A stretch of 64,000 nt of DNA from Octopus sinensis (lineage: Eukaryota), in contig NC_043003.1 in NCBI RefSeq assembly GCF_006345805.1, forward strand, positions 53,816,001 through 53,880,000. The letters are read 5' to 3'. The position numbers were made by a program, and so were the translations under genes. Position 1 is the stretch's first letter, and each line of letters begins with the position of its first letter. This document shows positions 26,589 through 39,959 of this stretch, in pieces. The notes beneath the pieces were generated by a model that did no database searches, was not told the DNA's origin, and was given only the letters and a program-made list of their open reading frames with translations.

Positions 26589-26825
26589 TATGCAAAATAT
26601 AGCTAAGGTTTAACTTGTAATATGAAAACGGTACCAACAGCGTGTGGTCATACAAATATACATATATGTAATAATTTTATGTAAATATTGTTATGCTATA
26701 ATAATAGAAATGATTGAATGTCTACGAGATGCTGCAATTAAATAAATTAGTAACGACTTGTTACTGTTGCTATAAATACCCTTTCAAACTAACCTACAGT
26801 CACCAGCAGATATCAATGGAACTTG

Positions 26826-27570
26826 CAATAAAATTTGGGTGATTTATGCTTCGGATTAATTTATCAAATTTGCACTCATCCGTATGAAACATTGACTACA
26901 ACCTGAAAAGTTGACAACTTCTGAGGCTTCACGCAGCCTTTAAGCACCAGCTGTTTGTGCTTACTGGGTTGGTTGTTTGCTAGGTCAGCTGTGTCGGTTG
27001 TTTGCATTTGCTGGGTCGGCTGCTTGCGTTTGCTGGCTACAAAGCAAAATACAAAGGAACTAATCACTTTTATTGAGACTTTTAGCGAACTCTGTTTCCG
27101 CAGACAATTTGTAAATTGTTTCTGAGTGTACTTCCTACGAAGATGCTTTAATAGCTTAAAAATAAAGTACTTCAATTCAGTCAACAAAAGGAGCTCTAGC
27201 AAAACAAGCTTGCTACTTGCAAACAGTTCATCATGGAGTCCTTCAAAATCATATTTGATTTTTACTTCAAAAATACCACAACTGACAGAGAGAATACACT
27301 GGCATTTCTTTTGTAACCGGAGCCAGACAATTAGAAAGAGAACTCAACTTTTGACGTCAGTAGTAGATCGAATGCATTGGAAATAACCTTGGGCAGTTCT
27401 CAGACCTGTGACTGTTCTTAATGTCGAAAATCATACAGTAGCCTTCGCTGAAGTGGCGAGAGAAGAATTTTGAGTTTTGAAACAAATCAAATCTCTAAAA
27501 CAGCTTCATTTTGTGCAGCTGTGCCACGTTAGGAAGAGAATGTTGTTTCTGTATGGATTTTCTGCGAAAA
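26826..27570 (+). mobile_element. Highly decayed Gypsy gag remnant
   Basis: Manual + translation gives MKH*LQPEKL, LRLLANSVS..IVSECTSYEDAL, KLATCKQ, ENSTFD..ALEI, recalling gag of marine-invertebrate Gypsy elements. Recognition from memory only. Confidence 0.5.
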
Positions 27571-27904
27571 GTAAGATTAAAAATGAGAAAATATCACGCT
27601 ACTTGTTTGAATTCATGTCGTTCTATAATGAAGTTTGGCATCCTCCTGGATTCCATAATACTGCAGTAGATGAGCCATCACGTGATTTTCGTGTTGCTTA
27701 TTTGCAAAATAACCTCTTAGAACTCGACAAATTTCTCTTTTACCATGGCGTTACAAATTCGACACGTTGTTCAGCTACTAAACCCAGTACAACATAAAAC
27801 AGCGGACAACATAAAACACCTTTCTGACTACAATATTTGTCAAACGTTAGAGCCATAATACCAAGTAGCCAACATGCTTCGACTGACATTCTGTTCTAGT
27901 ACTT

Positions 27905-28225
27905 CCACAGCTCAGCACTTCATTAAGAAACATTATCATCAATACTTAACGCTATCATCATTGCTCAACATTATCTCCTACTTCTCAACGCTATGACTAT
28001 TGCTTAACACTCTCATCATTGCTCAACATTATCAGGATTTCTTAATTCTATGAATACTGCCTACACTATTATCTCTGCACAACATTGTCATCATGACTCA
28101 AAATTACGACGCTCAGCATCATTATTGCTGCTCATCATTTCCATGATGGTTCAACACTAATTTCGTAACTCAATACTACCATCTCTGCTCAACACTATTA
28201 TCACTATTCAGCTCTTCAACACATC
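27905..28225. repeat. Degenerate ~20-bp minisatellite (ATCATCATTGCTCAACA-like)
   Basis: Recurrent GCTCAACA/ATCATCA units at ~20-bp spacing. Confidence 0.6.
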
Positions 28226-28227
28226 TG

Positions 28228-28780
28228 TATGTATGTATGTATGTATGTATGTATGTATGTATGTATGTATGTATGTATGTATGTATGTATGTATGTATGT
28301 ATGTATGTATGTATGTATGTATGTATGTATGTATGTATGTATGTATGTATGTATGTATGTATGTATGTATGTATGTATGTTGTATGTATGTATGTATGTA
28401 TGTATGTATGTATGTATGTATGTATGTATGTATGTATGTATGTATGTATGTATGTATGTATGTATTATGTATGTATGTATGTATGTATGTATGTATGTAT
28501 GTATGTATGTGTATGTATGTTGTATGTATGTATGTATATGTATGTATGTATGTATGATGTTGTATGTATGTATGTAGGTATGTATGTATGTATGTATGTC
28601 TGTATGTATGTTGTATGTATGTATGTATGTATGTATGTATGTATTATGTATGTATGTATGTAATGTATGTATGATGTAGTATGTATGTATGTATGTATTA
28701 TGTATGTATGTATGTATGTATGTATGTATGTATGTATGTATGTATTAGTATGTATGTATTATGTATGTATGTATGTATGT
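28228..28780. repeat. Long (TATG)n tetranucleotide array (~550 bp)
   Basis: Directly visible. Confidence 0.98.
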
Positions 28781-28781
28781 A

Positions 28782-29140
28782 AATCACTCTCTCTCTCTCT
28801 GTCACGCCTCCTTCTTTCAAACGAGAAGAAAGAGCTATTTTTATAGTACTTGTGGCTATGGTAAAAGAATGTATCTGGTGGACGCGTCTGAAAGGATTAG
28901 AGACTAATGCTTTCCTCTCTGGTCAATCTCTCATCAACTTTTTCAAGTATCACTTGAAAAGGAAGGTGAGAGTAGAGAGGGAAGTTTTGTCTAGCGAATG
29001 TTTCAGAAAAAGATGGCTAAATGTAGCCAGGATGGCACGTATGAATGACGAAGCCACCTTGAGCATGATCCTATGAACCGTAAACATTTAAAACAGAGAG
29101 TTACATATTTGTAAATAAATATGTTAATATGTGACATTAT
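28782..29140 (+). mobile_element. L1/Tx1-like LINE 3' end (ORF2 C-terminus plus 3' UTR)
   Basis: VAMVKECIWWTR...FFKYHLKRKVRVEREVLSSECFRKRW resembles the Tx1-clade C-terminal K..IW..R...ERW pattern. Confidence 0.65.
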
Positions 29141-29142
29141 TG

Positions 29143-29229
29143 CCCGAATTTGAACTCAGAGCGTAACGGCAGACGAAATACGGCTACGCATTTCGCCCGG
29201 CGTACTAACGTTTCTGCCAGCTCGCCGCC
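29143..29229 (-). mobile_element. Short SINE head fragment (same family as 24817)
   Basis: Reverse complement of GGCGGCGAGCTGGCAGAAACGTTAG...GAGTTCAAATTC. Confidence 0.85.
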
Positions 29230-30256
29230 CTCGTTTCTGCCAGATCGCCAATGGGTCTAAATAGTGATGACGATCAACCAGTTCAAAGCCACAGTCAGGC
29301 ACTGCAGCCATTGAAACCAAGGACTTGTATGCTGGAGCATTGTTCTGATGAAACAAGAGCCCTTTCGTCGGCTTCCCTTGACATTTGGTATTGGTAGCCT
29401 TTCATAACTGCCTCAGCAATTTGGCATAGTACTCTCCATTGATAGTGTGACCCTTTTGAAGATAATCAATAAACACAATGCCTTTTGCATCTCAAAAATC
29501 TGAGGCACCACCTTCCCTGAAAATGAACCGATCTTGGCCGTTTTTGGAGCGGGTGAGGAGCGGGTGTTTCCACTGTATGGATTGTCCCTGTCTCTGGCTC
29601 TAAGTGATGAAAGTAACACTTGTCCTATGTTAGGAAACGTTCAAGGAAACCAACCGTATCTGCCTCAAACAATGCCAAAGCCAGGTTTTCCTGTGATGTG
29701 ATTAGCTTGGTGAGCTTTTGATTATGTCAGAAGACGTGGCACCTTTATTATGCCAAGGTTTGTGCAGTATATTCTCAACTCTATCACGGGATATGTTTGT
29801 AGCACTGGATATTCGCCTGTCGTCCATCACCATATGATGAACACGATGTTTTCCTCAGTGGTGGCAGTTGCAGGAGGTACAGACCTTGAGTCATCTTCAA
29901 GATTCTCCCGTCCCCTCCTAAATTCCGCTTCCCACTTGTGCACTGTTGATAAAGCTTGAGACGTCATTCCCTAATGTAGCAACCATGACAACATGAATGT
30001 GCTGGGGGGGGGGGAAGGGGCTAAACCCTTTTTCTGCAAGTGCTTGATTACATTACGATGCGAAACTTTATCCAGTTTCAAGAGAAATCGTTATTAGTAA
30101 CTTTTGAAGTCTTTTTGGGACAGTCAGATGCGAGTTTACCTGGAAAGAAAGAATTCTGTTATTAATAAGGAGAGTTGAAATTAATGCATGCAAGATTTCA
30201 CGGCTCTGGCATCACTCCATCATAGTCAGCCTATGAACTTTTCAGCCCACCCTCGT
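29230..30256 (-). mobile_element. Decayed mariner with transposase pseudogene, 3'-truncated
   Basis: TIR CACGAGGGTGGGCTGAAAAGTTCATAGG; STVHKWEAEFRRGRENLEDD, SSPAPKTAK, FHQNNAPAYKSLVSMAAVPDCGFELVD. Confidence 0.9.
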
Positions 30257-30424
30257 GTGCATGTACATATGTATGTATGCATGTATGTATGTATGTATGT
30301 ATGTATGTATGTATGTATATGCGTGCTTGCGTGCATGTGTGCATGTGTGCATGAGTGTTTGTGTGTGTTTGTATGTGTGTGAACGTATACGGTGCCTGAC
30401 TCAGGCAAACGTATATTTGTATAT

Positions 30425-30740
30425 CAAGCAAAACTCAACCAAACGTCTTCTTCAATTTCATGAAAGATGTGGTATAATTCTCTTTCGTAGTAAAGGTATT
30501 ACTTGCAGAGAGAGTGTGGAAATAAAAATCTCCTCAAGCATGCTTCTATCTTTCCGGAATCTTGCCAGTTTCTCAGCTATGATATTTTCTGTCTGAGATC
30601 TCAGACTGTTTAGGATGACTTTGAGCATTGCCTTCTTTGCATCGATGATCTTCCTGTTGATGCGATCGTCCTAGCGTAATTCGACGAATCACTAATCACC
30701 AAACGAGTCCAAAGTATCAGCCAAACCAGTCTGCTACAAT
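30425..30740 (-). mobile_element. APE-type LINE reverse transcriptase fragment (RTE-like)
   Basis: WTRLVI..NY-RTI, AMLKVILNSLRSQTENIIAEKLARFRKDRS, ELYHIF match the RT N-terminal EEQAGFR..RS / YHVFIDF region. Confidence 0.75.
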
Positions 30741-31470
30741 TTACTTCAGCAAACAATTTGTGAGTGTGAGGTGCGTGCGTGCGTACATGTGCATGTGTGT
30801 ATGTGTGTGTTTGTGTGTGTGCGTAGAATGTGTGTATGTGAATGTGAATGTGTGTATGTTTGTGTGTGTGGTGTGTGTGTATCCTCCACACACGCCTGTG
30901 CTTTTGGTTTTACAAATGAGAGACAGAAACAGTCTACATTTATTTGTTAGTTGACTCCGCCGCTATTCAGGGTCCTGACTCGAAGCAACTAGACTGTGCT
31001 CGAAGTCACTACACCATTGTACATACAGTATTGTCAATGGTTATACCTTGATATGTCGTCTGATGTTATTGCGTCCTAGCCTATCTGGGGGTAGTTACTG
31101 CGGATTAGCTATTTTGTTCTCGATGTTTCCAGCTACTCTGCAGAATTGTAGAATTAATTCTCATGTCCAAGACAGCTTGTAATAATTTTGACAGAACAAT
31201 ATATTTAGCCAATCCTTACTTCAAGAAGATATTTTTCCAATAAAACAAGCGAAGAATAACTTATCTATTCTGTTCGCAGTTATTACGTGAAATTTCTTCA
31301 CAAAATACAGGTTGGACTTAAGTGTTTCCTATGTCTGTATATGTTTGTAACCGACGTATATAATTGTTATTAAGAGGAGACCGCTTCATGTATAACGATC
31401 TTACTGTACAGATCATGTATTATGTATTTATACGTATGTGTGAGAGTGTATAAAGAGAGAGAGAGAGGGA

Positions 31471-31506
<36 letters not shown>

Positions 31507-31587
31507 ATGAAAGATAGAGGGAGACAGACGCTTGTACACGTGTACCACACTATTTTTATTTATGTGTGTGCATATATGTGTGTGTAT

Positions 31588-31624
<37 letters not shown>

Positions 31625-31744
31625 GGAATGCCTTGTGAGACGATTAGATAGATGGAAACAGAAAACCAGTCGTATACATACATACATACATACATACATA
31701 CATACATACATACATACATACATACATACATACATACATACATA

Positions 31745-32017
31745 CAGCTGTCTAGTGGATGTTTATATAAATCTGAAGATCAGTGAAAAAGAGAACACTT
31801 ATGCTGAGCAATGGAGAAATCTGTAGCCATTCTATCCAGGTTATAAGTTCTGGTTTATACCTGTAATTATTGGGGCACTGGGGATATTTAACATATTGTC
31901 TAAACATCAGTCTTGAAAAATTAGGCTTCTCAAAACCAGAAAGGAGACAGCTGTTTCGGAGACTACAGATCCAAGCCATCACTGGAACCATAAAAATCTG
32001 TAAAACTTTCCAAACGT
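31745..32017 (+). mobile_element. RLE-type LINE C-terminal endonuclease remnant
   Basis: + frame reads VDVYINLKISEKENTYAEQWRNL*PFYPGYKFWFIPVIIGALGYLT...LQIQAITGTIKICKTF. Confidence 0.85.
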
Positions 32018-32157
32018 TTATCATTTAAGTATACTTGAGCATGTCTAGATATGCAAAGTATATACATGAGAAGACATACATAAAACAAAGCATACAAATC
32101 TGTACGTATACATACATACATATGTGCATACATACGTACATACATATATAAATTCAT

Positions 32158-32188
<31 letters not shown>

Positions 32189-32207
32189 CATATATACATA
32201 TATGTAT

Positions 32208-32272
<65 letters not shown>

Positions 32273-32538
32273 CACTTTATTATTATCAAAGCTGCATAAT
32301 AAACTGTTACTCAGAGTTTCCCGTTCCCGTTCATAGGACATTTTAGATTGAGAGTCCGACGAACGGGAACGTGAAAGTCCGAGTAGTAGTTTATTGTGAT
32401 ATTTCTGTGATATTTTGGAAGTTTTAATAGTAATAAAGCATATTACTCTACCTCTGGTATTCGAGTCCTACATTTTCCCACCTTGATTCATGTTAATGTG
32501 CTTACTTTGGTATAATATATATATATATATATATATAT

Positions 32539-33350
32539 AATGGAACAAAGACGCAATAGAGGACAATAAGACATCTGGACAAATAGACAATACAAAGGAG
32601 GACAGGAAAAACAGCAATTGGAGGGACAGGAAAAGATGGATGGGTCAATCGTGACCTTCTTTCTTCAGTCAAGTTACCAGATATCCTTACAATTTTGGGC
32701 AGTTACATTTGAGACAGTTCGATCTGGTTGCCACACCACTAAAAGTCTAAGAGCTTTAGATTTTTTGTAAGAAAGCAAGCGAATGTGTACGACAACAAAT
32801 ACAAAAAACGGAGATCATGTTACACAATTACAAATACAAACAACAAGAGTATAACAACAGGTGTCTTTCGACTGAGAAGAATCAAATTGAGCTGGCGTGT
32901 ATAAAGTGAAAGCCTTAAGGCAAGAACATAGGAGATGGACATAAGAGGTGTTGGCGGTCGGTAGTCAGGCCAAGAAAGAAAGATCATGGCTGACTAAACA
33001 CCGGTCACGTGGAAGGAGGAGAGAGGGGTAGGGGGCAGTGGGACTGAAGGATTAGAAAAAAATCAAAGAGACAAAGGGAAAGGTACAGGGGAAAATAAAC
33101 GAGGAGGAAAAGCAGGAGTTAAAGGAAGAGAGAACCAAGAAATGTGTGGGAGGGGGAGCGAGAAAAATAAAAGAGGAAGAAAGTAACTAAACGACAGAGT
33201 AAAAGAATCGTACACAATTTAGATACATACTTACAATAAGGTGAGCAAAAGTGTAGGTACGCCGCTATATGCATTTATAAATATAAAAAAATGGAACAAA
33301 AGCGCAATAGAGGACAATAAAACAACCGGACAGATAGACAATACAAAGGA
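32539..33350 (-). mobile_element. Penelope-like element remnant bounded by ~60-bp direct repeats
   Basis: AATGGAACAAA...ACAATACAAAGGA at 32539-32599 and 33290-33350; degenerate CTGAAGA core on - near 32662; homologous copy at 43370-43680. Confidence 0.6.
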
Positions 33351-33369
33351 AAACAGCGGGATAAATGGT

Positions 33370-34110
33370 GTTACCATTTAGTGTGAGTATGAAGAGATTG
33401 TTGCCATTTCCAACCCTGGAACAGCCAACATAGGAGATAACCATGGGAAAAGCACTGCTGCATGAGATGAAGTCCAACAATTTTCAGTGATCGTCCCTGA
33501 CTCATGTTAATTGACTTTGCAAAACTAACTTTTACTGGAAATTGAAGTCTCTTGAATTCAAACGGCATGTCTGCTAGAATCAGTGGAATTCTTGGAATAG
33601 ACTCATTTTCTCCCTTTCTTTGTCCAGTGAAGATTGTCGTTTCCAAAAGACGTGAATGCATTTGCCTGACAATTAGTCTTGTTCCATTGGACAGCTTTCG
33701 AACTAAATTTCTCAAAGTATGATTGGAAGTATTTTCTTCAATATCAATTTGTGAAAAGGCATTCCAGGAGGATCCAAAGAGTTAAGAAACTGAATAGGAT
33801 AAATCACAGCCTCATTGGGGTCCACAACAGTATCAAGTGAGAAATAATTTTTTTCCTCAGTATTGATTGAGTGATTTCCAGTTGATGACCTGGACAGTTT
33901 CATTCTTTGGTGTAAGTATGGCCTTTCACAAAGCCAATCATGATCTTATGTCCAATGTTTGAGTAAACCTTGGCAAGCAACTCTTCAACAGCTTTGACCA
34001 AAATGCCACAGCCATTTGGAAAAGTGATGTCTCCATTACTGTCTTGCTGAATGCTTCCATTTCTCAGATCCAGCAGCTGAGCTTCAAATCTACTAGCATC
34101 CAAATCTCTG
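33370..34110 (-). pseudogene. Helitron PIF1-like helicase C-terminal remnant
   Basis: FLNSLDPPGMPFHKLILK, LRNL...NGTRLIV, IPRIPLI..DMPFEFKRLQFPVKVSFAKSINMSQGRSL, YVGCSRV. Confidence 0.95.
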
Positions 34111-34125
34111 AATAAACTGAACTCT

Positions 34126-34250
34126 GCCGAAAGTTTGATCCGGCCGGAAGTCTGATCACGCAAAAAATCCGATCTGACCGAAAGTCCGATTTAGGCAGAA
34201 GTCCAGTTTGGGCCGAAAGTCCGATTTAGACCAAAAGTTCGATTTGTTCA
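34126..34250. repeat. Tandem ~18-bp repeat (CCGAAAGTCCGATT consensus, ~7 units)
   Basis: Directly visible diverged units. Confidence 0.85.
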
Positions 34251-35285
34251 ATATTTTCTTCAGAGTGCTTCAATTCACAAACTCAGTGGAACTTCGAAAC
34301 CTCACGGACAAGAAACCTCTCACTGTAACTTGGATCCAGTTTTAAATGAACTAAATTGAAAATATTTTTTAAATTCACAGAGTTTTGGTGTTACCTTAAA
34401 TTCAGTTTAAATGAAAAACTTGTAAGTTCACAAATTTTTTGAGTTCTTTTAAAATTTGAATTTTCACCTGTAAGCATATAACAAATACTCATCCAGACCT
34501 GATCCTAATGTTGGATATTCAAGAATCAAATGACGGACAGATTTTCAATCCTGGATCGTCCTGATTCCAAAAAGGTATATCGCTATGTAGAGCAAATATA
34601 GACTGAGATACAGGGGTCCCGGACGCGAATTTGTTTTTCCTACTAGAGTTCCGGACACCAGTAATGAACTCATTTGCATATAGCCAATCAGGGCTCACCT
34701 TGATCTTGTTGTCATAACATTCGTGAATGTATTAAAAACAACCAATCTCTTGGTAAAACACACTCTACCAAGTAAACTCAAATCGAAGAACAGTGTAGTA
34801 AGTCGACCGATCGCCAAGTTTTGCCTGATTTTAGAAGGATAAAGTAATTAGATAGATTTGCATCTATACCTATTATCGGATTTTGTTAGGGCCCCAGATA
34901 GTAAAAATGTGGACGGGGAAAATGTGGGTGGAGGATGATGTGCTAGCAATTCTTTCCCCTTACTGTTTTACAAAGTAAACAGCAACAACAACAACACATC
35001 TACGCAGAGGCAGCTATGGTTGAAACAAGAACAAGAACAACAAACGTTATTAAAAGAGAAAAGAAGCATGGTCATTCCTTACCCAAGTGACCTTACCGTA
35101 TCGCTCATCACTTGTTATACGCTCATAAATTCGTCTGATAGTTGAACTCTGATTGGCTGTATGCAAATAAGTTCATAACTGGGGTACGGAACTCTCGTGG
35201 GAAAAAAATTTCGCATCCCAGACGGATAGACAGACAGAGTTTTGCGTTTATTATAACATATATATGTATATATATATATATGTAC

Positions 35286-35334
<49 letters not shown>

Positions 35335-35351
35335 AATATATATATATATAT

Positions 35352-35575
35352 ATGCATGTCTGTCTTTGTGCCTTTGTCCCCCACCATCGCTTGACAACCG
35401 GTGTTGGTGTGATTACGTCCCCGTAACTTAGCGGTTCTGCGAAAGAGAAACGATAGAATGAGTTCCAGGCTCTAGAGAAAAGTACCGGAATCGATTCATT
35501 CAACTGAAGGAATTCTTCAAGGCGGTGTCCCAGCATGGCCGCGGTCTAATGACTGAAATGCGTAGAACAGAAAAG
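35352..35575 (+). mobile_element. Long SINE 3' tail module
   Basis: CCATCGCTTGACAACCGG...CCAGCATGGCCGCGGTCTAATGACTGAAA homologous to 3570-3760. Confidence 0.85.
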
Positions 35576-37439
35576 ATGAAGGATATATACATACATTTGT
35601 GAGTGTATATGCCAACATCTACAAACACGTTATATAGTTATATAAAAAGCTGTTGTAGTAAATAATTGGCTGTTCACATAGATACAGGAGTGCTCGCACT
35701 TACATATATGCACATACATATATGCACACACATGCATACATTAACAAACATTCATATTCATACGCAAATAAATAGCATTATGCTTTCAAATCTAAAGGAT
35801 AAAAATACATGGCAATAACTTCATTGTTATAAATATATATATTAATCACTTTCGCTATACGCACCAAAACATGTATGTATGTATGTATGTATGTATGTAT
35901 GTATGTATGTATGTATGTATGTATGTATGTATGTATTTATGTATGGATGTCATGGATGTGTGTATGTACACACACACACATACACACAAACGCAGACACA
36001 TACAGACACAAACACACAAACAAAACAGAGAGAAGCAAATACTGTGAGGTACACACACAGAATAGAGACACAGAGACGATAAGAAGTAACCATAGATATA
36101 GATATGAAATTATATGTATATATATATATACACACATACATACATACATATATGTTATACATACATGCTTCAACCTATGTGTATATATATATATATATAT
36201 ATAATATATTATATATATATATATATATATATACATATACACACATATATGTTATACATACATGCTTCAACCTATGTATATATATGTGTGTGTGTATGTA
36301 TGTATATATATGTGTATGCATGTATACATACATATAGAACAAACACAAACATATCCGTAAATACTCATGCGCGCATGCGTCCCTGAAACACCCGTATGGA
36401 CACATACATATGTGTGTGTATTCATGTATGTATTAGTGTATAAATAGTTTTGATATACATGCATACAAACGTACATGAATAAATACCTACCTACCTACAT
36501 ACATACATACATACATACAAATAAGCATGTGCACATAGTCACACTCATACATAGACACACTCACACATGCTCACATTTATACACCCGTACAATACTTTGT
36601 GCATGCATATATACATACGTAGCAATCGAAGCAAAGAAAAGAGTTGAACAATTTCGTGAATTTGTTTGGCTTTTCTATATTTGCTTTATTACTTTGCTTG
36701 TAGTATTGAGTACTTTGAGACCATTGTTGTTTGTTTTTACATCTGTACAATTAATTATATATATATATATATACATACACACACACTCATATATATATAC
36801 ATATACATACAGTGATATACCGACGCATACGCACACACTCATACACACATGTATGCTAGATATACTGTTATAAGCTGTTATATAAAATCAATATCGACAT
36901 TGCAAAAAAAATAAAAAATAAAGTATAAATAAATACAATAGTAAAGATAAAACAAAAAAACAAACAAACAAAAAACAACGACAACAAAAAAAAAACAAAA
37001 CGAAAACCGAACGTTAGAAAATAATAATAAAAAGTGAAAAAATAATAATTTCATTTGCTTGTTGAAATACACATTTAGTTTCTGTCTAAAAATCCATTAT
37101 TAGATTTCTAGTCAGAATATTATTTACGTCGTATACATATGTCCATACTAGCAGAAAACCAGGATCCGAAATTGTCTGCCAATGTCTCTACGATTCATAA
37201 GAGATAATAAAACAATTTGAAATGTTGAATTTGATTATGGCCTCGGCCATTGAAGTCACATAATCTCGGATAAAGAAACGAATGTGGGAAAGTGATTATG
37301 ATAGAAAAGAAAATTGATACAGCAGACGATACAAAATGGAAGCAGGCCACTATTACTCACATAAAACACCTACTAGAAGTAATGTTTCATTATTTTACTT
37401 TCGTTCTGTCTTAAATAAAAAAAAAAACCCACACAAAAT

Positions 37440-37521
<82 letters not shown>

Positions 37522-37571
37522 GTCTGTCTGTCTGTCTGCCTGCCTGTCTGCCTGTCTGCCTGCCTGTCTGC

Positions 37572-37669
<98 letters not shown>

Positions 37670-39280
37670 GTCTGTCTATCTATTCTTTGGATGTCTGGCT
37701 ATATCTATAGTATATATCTATAGTCCGTCGATATCTATATTTCCCGCTTCTCTCCACCGCTCGCTCTCGTCTGCGTATGTATTTCTTTTGGTCCATCCCA
37801 TTCTATTCTTTTTAAAAAGTTTTCTCTTTATCTCTCATTTCACTCCAATTTTCTTTATCAGCTTTTCTTATTAAGTTCCTCCTTCGTCTTCTCATTCACC
37901 ATTTCTTCTTTATCGTTTAACCTCTCTCTTTTCTTGCTTCTCCACTTCGTTTTAGCTAATTTCCCTTTCTCTATCGTTTACAAATATGCATTTTCCTCTT
38001 TCTGCACCTTACTTTTCTCTGTTTTCCTCACTTTCTTGCTCTTTGTATTTTTGTTCATATAATATCCTATCTAACTATCTCTTCTCTCTTCTCTTCTCAC
38101 TTTCATACGATCTCTGTCTCACTGTCTTATCCGTCTCTGCTTGTCTAACTGCTCACTATCTGTCTGTTTCCATTGGTCCCCACTCTTTCTCTTATTATGG
38201 TTAACCACAATGAATACTCAATAATATATCCGTCTGATGGTTTGATCTGTATGCTTGTGCTCGTCTAATCTGCGTGTGTCAATTATATGTGTGTTTCTAC
38301 TTTTTCTCCTCATATATTTCTGCTCGTGAATGCATACGTGTGTGTACCGCGCATGTGAACACGATATGGAAATGCAAGCAATGATATATATATATATACA
38401 CATAGAGTATGAGGTTTAGTTCACTGGTGATCTAAACGCTAAGTGCTATAATTGGTCATCCGTTAGGTTCCAAGTTCACAGCTGAGGCTGGAGTTAAGGA
38501 ACCGTGTTGGGCTTCCATGTTAGCTGGTATTCGTTATGTTAGAAGAAAAAGGACAACAAAAACTAAGGCAGAATGAGTATCTAAAGTCACTTAGCAAAAA
38601 TTCATTCATTAGAGCAAAGTGAATTTGAAGTCTTACAGCTGTTTCTGGGATATCCCAAGTGATAGGTTAGCATGTCCGTACACTGGGTATTCCGTCATCA
38701 GAGAAAAGTAGGTATGTATGAAAGTTCTAGACAGGGAAATTCACAGTTTATAAGGAATAAACAATAAAAAATAGAAGAATAAAGAGTAAAAGTAGATAGG
38801 ATATTACAGACAGGAGAATATGTTGGTTCGTACTTCCGTGAAGGAATAGGCCCTTAAGTATAATCCCAGGTAAATTCAGGCAGAGTTTTGAATGATGCGT
38901 TCGTGTTGAAGTAATGGATTAATTGGTTAGCTAGTACATAAATGGTCTACGTGGGTATAGAGAGTGAGATAGACAGAAATGGGTTGTGAGTGAGTGGATA
39001 GAAGAGAGAGGAGAAAGAGATAGAAAAGAGAGAAAAGAAAGGGATGGAAAAGAATGAGAAAGGTGTAGGAAAGAATGAATGAGAGGGAAAGTAAAGTAAA
39101 ATCAAAAAAAAAAATAAAATAAAAAAAAAAAAATTAAGTTAGTGATAAGACACTAGTATTATTCATCGCAAGTGTCGATACGAGGTGAGAGGTCAGGCGT
39201 TAAGGTTTTGGAAAGGTAGAAGAAAAAGGTATTTATAAATTAAATACACGCACGCGCACACACACACACGCACACACATA

Positions 39281-39678
39281 GGTGCAGGAGTGACTGTGTG
39301 GTAAGTAGCTTGCTTCACAACGACATAGTTCCGGGCTCAGTCCCACTGCGTGGCACCTTGGGCAAGTGTTTTCTACTGTAGCCTCGGGCCGACCAAAGCT
39401 TTGTAAGTGGATTTGGTAGACGGAAATAGAAAGAAGCCCATCGTATATGTATATATACGTATATGTATATATGTATGTGTGTATATGTTTCTGCGTCTGT
39501 CCCTCCACCATCGCTTGACAACCGATACTAGTGTGCTTACGTAACTTAGCTGTTGTGCAAAAGAGTCCGATAGAATAAGTACTAGGCTTACAAAGAATAA
39601 GTCCTGGGGTTGATTTGCTCGACTAAAAAGGGTGCTCCAGCATGGCCACAGTTAAATGACTGAAATAAATAAAAGAAT
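39281..39678 (+). mobile_element. Long CORE-like SINE, full length
   Basis: Homologous to 3283-3760, with a short internal microsatellite. Confidence 0.92.
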
Positions 39679-39959
39679 ATATATAAAATATAAATGAGTA
39701 ACAGTAGTGGTAGAGGTGTCAATCCACTACAGCCGTTTCTAGCGACTCCTATAATTGATTAATGAAAACACTACGCCATGGTAAATAAAACGTTTTCGTC
39801 AGATGAATTCATGAACTTCAAAATAAAGGGCGTTCGAAATGATTTTACATACAGTTCTGCATTTAAGAGATGAGGAATTATGTACATTATTTAAGAAACT
39901 CAATAAGTTCAAAATTCTTATAATTTGAACTTTATTTTTTTGCTCAAATAATTGCTTCT

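Larger units (their letters stand above)
33370..35265 (-). mobile_element. Internally deleted Helitron/Helentron-type element (3' end disrupted)
   Basis: Helicase remnant plus a 5'-end-like TATATATGTTATAATAAACGCAAAACTCTGTCTGTC on -, subterminal inverted repeats and a tandem array. The boundary is inferred. Confidence 0.5.

Noticed and set aside
26876-27202. 108-aa minus-strand ORF as a host gene
   Set aside because: No recognisable domain, and the opposite strand carries gag-like motifs.
31752-32024. 90-aa minus-strand ORF with protein-like appearance
   Set aside because: Antisense shadow of the + strand RLE endonuclease remnant.
34126-34250. CRISPR-like array
   Set aside because: Contiguous diverged tandem units without unique spacers, in eukaryotic context with no cas genes.
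38670-38705. CTGATGA on the minus strand as a hammerhead
   Set aside because: No GAAA and no stem II. Similar isolated CTGATGA hits at 13682, 29345 and 56426 lie in unrelated or coding contexts.
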